Source: Catajapyx aquilonaris
Lineage: Eukaryota
NCBI GenBank assembly: GCA_000934665.2
Contig: JYFJ02003557.1
Coordinates: 1 to 40,206 of the forward strand
Direction of reading: 5' to 3'
DNA length: 40,206 nucleotides
A program made the position numbers and the translations under genes. Every line of letters begins with the position of its first letter. The first letter of the stretch is position 1. The notes under the pieces were generated by a model. That model had not been told where the DNA came from, ran no database searches, and saw only the letters and a list, made by a program, of their open reading frames with translations. Positions 35,013 through 40,206 of the stretch are shown here, in pieces.

Positions 35013-36209
35013 GGTAGCGCAGTGGGGATGTGGACAGGTGCTGTGAAGCAATGCATGCCTGTCAGGTACCCGTCGATTGATTTGTTGATTCGATAGGAAT
35101 CGCAAAACAGCAGCAAGGCCTACACTGCTCCAGACGCTAAGTTTTGTTGAGCAGGTTATGCGCCTACCATCGCCTACCATCGCAAATATATCAGTCCGTC
35201 TGTTCTCCCATCCGCCCGCCGGGGAGCCATCTTCTCCCTGTTACATCTTTCTTACGTACTATCCAAGTTGAATAATGAAACAGGTGCCTCAACACTCCAT
35301 AGGAAGAATCATTGCCTCTTTCCCCCCTTTCCCNTGAATAATGAAACAGGTGCCTCAACACTCCATAGGAAGAGTCATTGCCCCCCCCCCCTCTTTACAT
35401 TAGAAAATTATCCAAATGTTGACACCGAAATAATTATCATGCCCTATTTGAGTGAACCTGTTCGCGGACTGTTTAAAAAAGAGAAGATAAAATGAACTGG
35501 AAATGAAAATGTGATCCTTCTATGCCGTCATTGCCACATTCTCATGATTTATCAGTAAAAAGTTATGCTAATATAGTCACTTATAAATGGAGTCTTTTGA
35601 TGTGAAAATTTTACAGTCTACTGTATTCATATATGACGTTCGCGTTCGGATGAATGTACTATATCGCCCAAAAAGATAGAGACGATTTTGCATTTGACTT
35701 AAGTGCAACTTGCACTTGAATCAAATGCCAATTGTCTCTATCTTTTTGAGCGATATAGTACAGAAGTAATATTATGTTCATTCGCCTCAGTCATTTTAGG
35801 CAAAAAGAAAAAAAGCTATTTGCATTGTACCCTATGAGTTTGATGCCGATGAGAAGGGGCGAGTTTTGATATACACAGCTTGCAGCAGGCTCCAGCGATC
35901 TTTTCCAAAAAATAAAAAATAAATTGATATTTTCCACAAAATCTGTTGGTGTGGACAAAAAGAAGAAAGCCACAATGAAAAATGTCACTCAACTAGTTAT
36001 TAGTTTCCAGAGGGACATCGAAAGGGGAGACCGCGACTGATATGTTTACGAGGTAGATGCACATGACCTGCTCAACAAAACTTTGCGTCTGGAGCAGTGT
36101 AGGCCTTGCTGCTGCTTTGCCATTCCTATCGAATCAACAAATCAATCGACGGGTACCGGACTGGCATGCATTGCTCCACAGCACCTGTCCACGTCCCCAC
36201 TGCACTACC
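35013..36209. mobile_element. Nested element bounded by inverted repeats of about 160-200 bp
   Basis: 35013-35170 is the reverse complement of 36052-36209 (explains the shared peptide SYRINKSIDGY in two ORFs); TSD not resolved. Confidence 0.7.
35659..35758. mobile_element. 100-bp near-perfect palindromic mini-MITE
   Basis: CTATATCGCYCAAAAAGATAGAGAC... arms of about 50 bp meet at AAGTGCAA-c-TTGCACTT; TA on both sides. Confidence 0.85.
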
Positions 36210-37416
36210 GCGCGCGGGTCCAAACCGCGCACTGCCTGAGTTATTGCCCTCTAGCGGGTCAGATTCCGAACAGCCCCTCCTAGACTCTCCGGAAATATGA
36301 AGCACACATTTCAAGGTTCATTTTGAGTGCCATTCAAAAAATCTCAAAAATGGCCAACGTTGAGGAATATTAAAATCAAAGTTTCGCCGCCATCTATAAG
36401 TCCAAATTTTTACTTCCGGCTATTTTCAATGCTGAATCATGAAAGGCCGTTAAAAGAGGTTCCTAAATCACCCATCACATTTGGATTCACTTCAATTCAC
36501 TTCAGGGGTTCAGAAGTTACGGGCCTCCATTCAAAGCCCTGGCAGCGTAAAATGAGTGAAAAACCACAACTTACACACCCTGTAGTTTCGCAACCACATG
36601 AGACAGAGAGACAAAAGCTGGGTTTCTTACATATAAGCACTGGTACAACACACCTATGGAATTTGGTCGAAATAGTATGAGATTTGTCGGGGGGGGGGGG
36701 ATCCGCTTGACGTGGAATGCCTCATATATATATATGTAGGTCAGGTTCGTGGTTGGCAATTCCACAATAACATTCGTTGGCCTGCGGCGCACAATGAGGA
36801 CGGTATTGTGGGCAGATTCAAAGCCCACAATAAGCGCCTAGCTCGCTATCACTCACATTGAACTAAACATATCCTGCAGGGTGACGAACTGTGCCTGGCA
36901 AGGCCACAGCGAAGGACAGTACTGTTGCAGTAACATAAAGCCATGCAGCGTCACCAAGACAAATGGCAACCCATGCCTCAGGTTCACGGGTGGCAAGGCC
37001 ACAAGAACGTTCATTGGCCTACGGTACCATTTTCGAACAGCAGCCAATACGACTTGGTATTTATTAATGGAAAAAGTTAAAACTAATAATATATGAATTT
37101 TTTTTCAATTCGCTGGTGAGTAGATTTGCAGCTGTCATTTTGTGTTGTGCCTGTTGTGTTGGTGTCATCCGTATGGCTTTGGGGTGACTGCACCAGTACT
37201 GTGAGTCTTGTTGCCTCGCCATGCATGATACGTCGCATTGCATGCTAATTTTAGTTAATCGTGAGAGCAGCGCAAGCGAGCTGGGCGCTTATTGTGAGTC
37301 GTGTATCCGCAACATTGCTGTCCGTCTTATGGCGCCACAGGCCAACGAACGTTATTGTGGCTTTGCCAAACCCCAAGCTCAGCTAATTTATCATGTAATG
37401 TACTCTCGCGTTCGAA

Positions 37417-37646
37417 GGGTGACACGGTGGCCGAGTGGTTAGCGCCGCAGCCTTCCACCCCGGGTCGGACGGAGGATACTTATGTGGATAGAGTTTTGAT
37501 GGGTTCTCTCCTTATTCACGTGGGTTTTCTCGGGGGTCTCCCGTTTACTCCCACAATCAAAATCTATCACAGCGCAGGGAATGATTAAAGACAATATTTA
37601 AAAGATGATCCCCTAAGAGGCCCAAGGTGGCCTATCACGGGGTATC

Positions 37647-37679
<33 letters not shown>
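37417..37679 (+). mobile_element. V-domain-like SINE, second copy (B-box region deleted; tail type Y)
   Basis: Same GGGTGACACGGT head and V-like core as 6227-6455; (ATT)n tail; its TSD partner lies at 38291-38305. Confidence 0.85.
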
Positions 37680-37700
37680 CCATTATCACCATTGCTTGGA

Positions 37701-37928
37701 GATGATCGTCAAGTAGCACCTTTGGGTGAGATGTCGTCGTCCATGGTGACTGCTGTTTACATTGCCCGTCGATCACATCAGTCTGACGCTAGCTCTCCTT
37801 GAGGGTGGACGCAAGTCTGGTGGTTCCTGACTATTTACATCCTGGGGTCAGACGATCGTCAACTAGCACCTCTGGGTGAGATGTTGTCCATGGTGACTGC
37901 TGTTTACATCGCCCTTCGAACACACCAT
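37701..37928. repeat. Two direct repeats of about 80 bp, 150 bp apart
   Basis: GAYGATCGTCAASTAGCACCTYTGGGTGAGATGT...CCATGGTGACTGCTGTTTACAT at 37701 and 37851. Confidence 0.85.
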
Positions 37929-38139
37929 TTCGTGCTGGACAGTTTACATTGTTCTTGCATAGTTTTAATATGAATTTTTGTATATGTATATGTGTACATT
38001 GCGCGAGTGTTTGTGTCTGTATGTATGTATATTCATGTCATCCTTTTCATTATCATCCTATCCATTATATCCTCTGCGTGGCCTGACCAGTCACTAGCTA
38101 GAGGATTCATTAAACTGATCGTACGAGATGGCCAGGTGG

Positions 38140-38255
38140 ATTGTTCCTGGTCATCACTGGTAACCCCATCTTGGGAATATGCCGTGAGTGGAATGAATGA
38201 GTGGATGATGATGATGATGATGATGATGGTGATGGTGATGGTGATGGTGATGGTG

Positions 38256-38290
<35 letters not shown>
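38140..38290 (+). repeat. Probable LINE (RTE-like) 3' end followed by a compound (GAT)n(GGTGAT)n(ATT)n microsatellite
   Basis: ACCCCATCTTGGGAATATGCCGTGAG..GAATGAATGA is related to 24270-24330 (minus) and 33841-33894; the microsatellite is directly visible; the LINE clade call is tentative. Confidence 0.55.
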
Positions 38291-38293
<3 letters not shown>

Positions 38294-38567
38294 TCTCGCA
38301 TTCGATCAATTTGTCATTAATAAGGATTTGGTGATGCAAGTAGGATGCGTCTCCATCGGCAATGGGCGTTCCAAATGCAAGCAAGAGTCACCCGTCCCAA
38401 CACAGTCAATCCTATCAGCAAACAAGGCAAAAGGCAGCAGCCAATTTGACAGCAGCAAATTGACCCGCAGCCGGTTGTGCGGAGGCCAAAAGTGGTAGAT
38501 TCTCCAGTTCCACCACAGACGCTGGCGCTCATTCACACTTTGCCTAAAGAGTACTCGTTATTTTATG

Positions 38568-39002
38568 TAGGGTTCGGAAATTTAATCTACCATCGCTTTG
38601 GGAAATGATAGAGGGGTCATAGGCAATAAATTTGAGTATATGTGCAACATGGGTCTCCAATGCATAGTTATCAAGATAATTCGCATTAAATAAAAAGTGC
38701 ATTATCCCAGCTGATAGGTTTCGGATACTGGTACTGCTTACGACACTTCCATCGTGTAGGCCATTCCCTGCTACACCTAACAGGATCGTCAATTAAAATT
38801 ACATTACATGGTAACACCTTAAATATAAATGAAAAAGGTAAGGTCGCGTGGAGGGATGCATACGTGCCAGGATATTTGATACCTTGGGTTTGAAGCAGAT
38901 TATCTTGGTAACTATGCGACGGAGACCCATATGGTCAAAGTGATCGCATAGAACCCTTCTATCATTTCCCAAAGTGACGGTAGCTTAAATTTCCGAACCC
39001 TG
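38568..39002. mobile_element. Tc1/mariner-type MITE nested in the right subterminal region of the 4.5-kb element
   Basis: TIRs YAGGGTTCGGAAATTTAAKCTACCRTCRCTTTGGGAAATGATAGA of 60 bp or more; TA at 39003-39004. Confidence 0.8.
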
Positions 39003-39182
39003 TATATAAAATGCCTAGGCGAAGTATGAAATAAGACATTTCATACTTTGCCAGAAAACGTCAGGCATTTCACACATTGCCGGTAACGAGGGTAATATCA
39101 TCTTTGCCATTGATCTGAATATTGGTGTAATTTGTTTAAAATATTTATCTTTGTACTAAGATGTGCCTTTGTTTATTCCCAG

Positions 39183-40175
39183 GACCTCCGCAAGTACCAA
39201 GACCATGCAAAAAAGCACTGGTATCGTAGATATGGCTGTTCTCGTTGTGGACGCAAATTCTACAATCGCAGGATGCTTCAGGAACATGAAAATGCACATG
39301 ATGGAGTTCGCTCTTACCAGTGTCCCAATTGCCCGAAGGCATATTCTATTCGTTCCTGCTGGAAGGCTCATCTCAAAATTCACCAGGATCTAGTGGAACC
39401 CTCTAATTGCAACTTGTGTGGAAAGGCTTTTTTGAATGTTCACCTTCTGAGACAACACCATAGAGCACATGCCTTGGACCGTAATTATTCACTTTGCCAG
39501 CAGTGTGGGCGAGGTTTTACCTCACCATATATGTTGGAAGTTCACCGCCTGTCTGTACATTCTGATGAACGTCCATTCCGATGTGATGCTTGTGGAAAGA
39601 CTTTTAACCGCAAAGAGAACTATATCACTCATTTGCGAACTCACACAGGTGAGCGGCCATTCCAATGTGAACTGTGTGGTTCCAGATTCTCACAGCGATC
39701 CAACCTGCAATCACACAAGCGGGCAACGCACTATGATGACCGGCGGTATCGTTGTGAGACTTGTAACGTTGGTTTCAAGCGGCGGCGCCTTCTTGAGTAC
39801 CACAATAACCGAGTCCACACTGGTGAACGCCCCTACAAGTGTGACCAGTGCACTGCTAGCTTCATCTACCCAAATCATTACAAGAAGCATCTTAAGATCC
39901 ATACAGGGGAGAAGCCATACAAGTGTGAGATTTGTGGGAAAGCGTTTAATTCCCGTGATAATCGCAACACTCATCGGTTCACCCACTCCGACAAGAAGCC
40001 TTATGAATGCAAAGTGTGTGGACAGGGCTACATGAGGAAGCCACTGCTTTACACCCATATGCACAGTCAGGGACACTTCCAGGACATCATTATTGTGAAC
40101 CAGCTGCAGATCCCCCATCACTGCCTTGAAGGTGCTGAAGAAGCAGGATTAAGTGTCAAGCAGTATGATGTAGAG
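39183..40175 (+). CDS. Gene C coding exon 2: second half of finger 3, fingers 4-13 and start of C-terminal tail; gene continues beyond the window
   Basis: Not in the ORF track because the frame has no stop before the window ends. Acceptor tttattcccAG|GAC; reads DLRKYQDHAKKH (completing CCPCERSFQ) through CKVCGQGYMRKPLLYTHMHSQGHFQDIIIVNQ...QYDVE; donor GAG|GTAAGA at 40175/40176; 993 nt open. Confidence 0.93.
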
Positions 40176-40206
40176 GTAAGAGCATTCATTCGTTCACTCT
40201 CTCTCT

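Larger units (their letters stand above)
34605..39093. mobile_element. About 4.5-kb hAT-like non-autonomous element filling most of the gene C intron, with several nested insertions
   Basis: Perfect 21-bp inverted core GTTACCGGCAATGTGTGAAAT at 34611-34631 and 39067-39087, plus inverted subterminal GCCTAGGCATTTTATAT; outermost right bases degenerate. Confidence 0.7.

Noticed and set aside
35269..35390. Direct duplication of about 48 bp around the N at 35334
   Set aside because: Probably an assembly overlap across a gap at a C-rich tract; a similar N lies at 10731.
37701..37928. Repeat-spacer-repeat pattern as a possible CRISPR-like array
   Set aside because: Only two long, degenerate copies in a eukaryotic intron, with no cas genes.
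39469..40121. 188-aa plus ORF and 136-aa minus ORF (also 9997-10467 and 9602-9898)
   Set aside because: Alternative-frame or antisense overlaps of the true zinc-finger frames; no independent coding signal.

Overview
Eukaryotic, intron-rich DNA, most likely from an insect or other arthropod (ZAD domains, Lm1/Talub-like SINE body); there are no prokaryotic features. The window holds a cluster of three paralogous ZAD (zf-AD)/C2H2 zinc-finger genes. Gene A (minus) shows only its ZAD exon. Gene B (minus) has a complete CDS of 5 coding exons, about 761 aa, ZAD + 13 C2H2. Gene C (plus) has ZAD + 13 C2H2 and runs off the window end; its 993-nt finger exon at 39183-40175 is missing from the ORF track. 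B and C point away from a CpG-rich candidate bidirectional promoter at about 19.3-20.6 kb. Introns and intergenic DNA are packed with non-autonomous elements: eight tRNA-derived SINEs and MITEs of Tc1/pogo, hAT, piggyBac, Sola-like, PIF/Harbinger-like and CMC-like type, many palindromic or nested. Best leads: (1) unrelated SINE heads share a 3' stem-loop conserved in structure but not sequence; (2) B and C share no coding intron despite collinear proteins; (3) a 22-aa ZAD helix is identical in B and C despite many silent changes; (4) one bidirectional promoter or shared leader exon may serve the whole cluster. Splice models and family assignments were made by eye, with no database searches.
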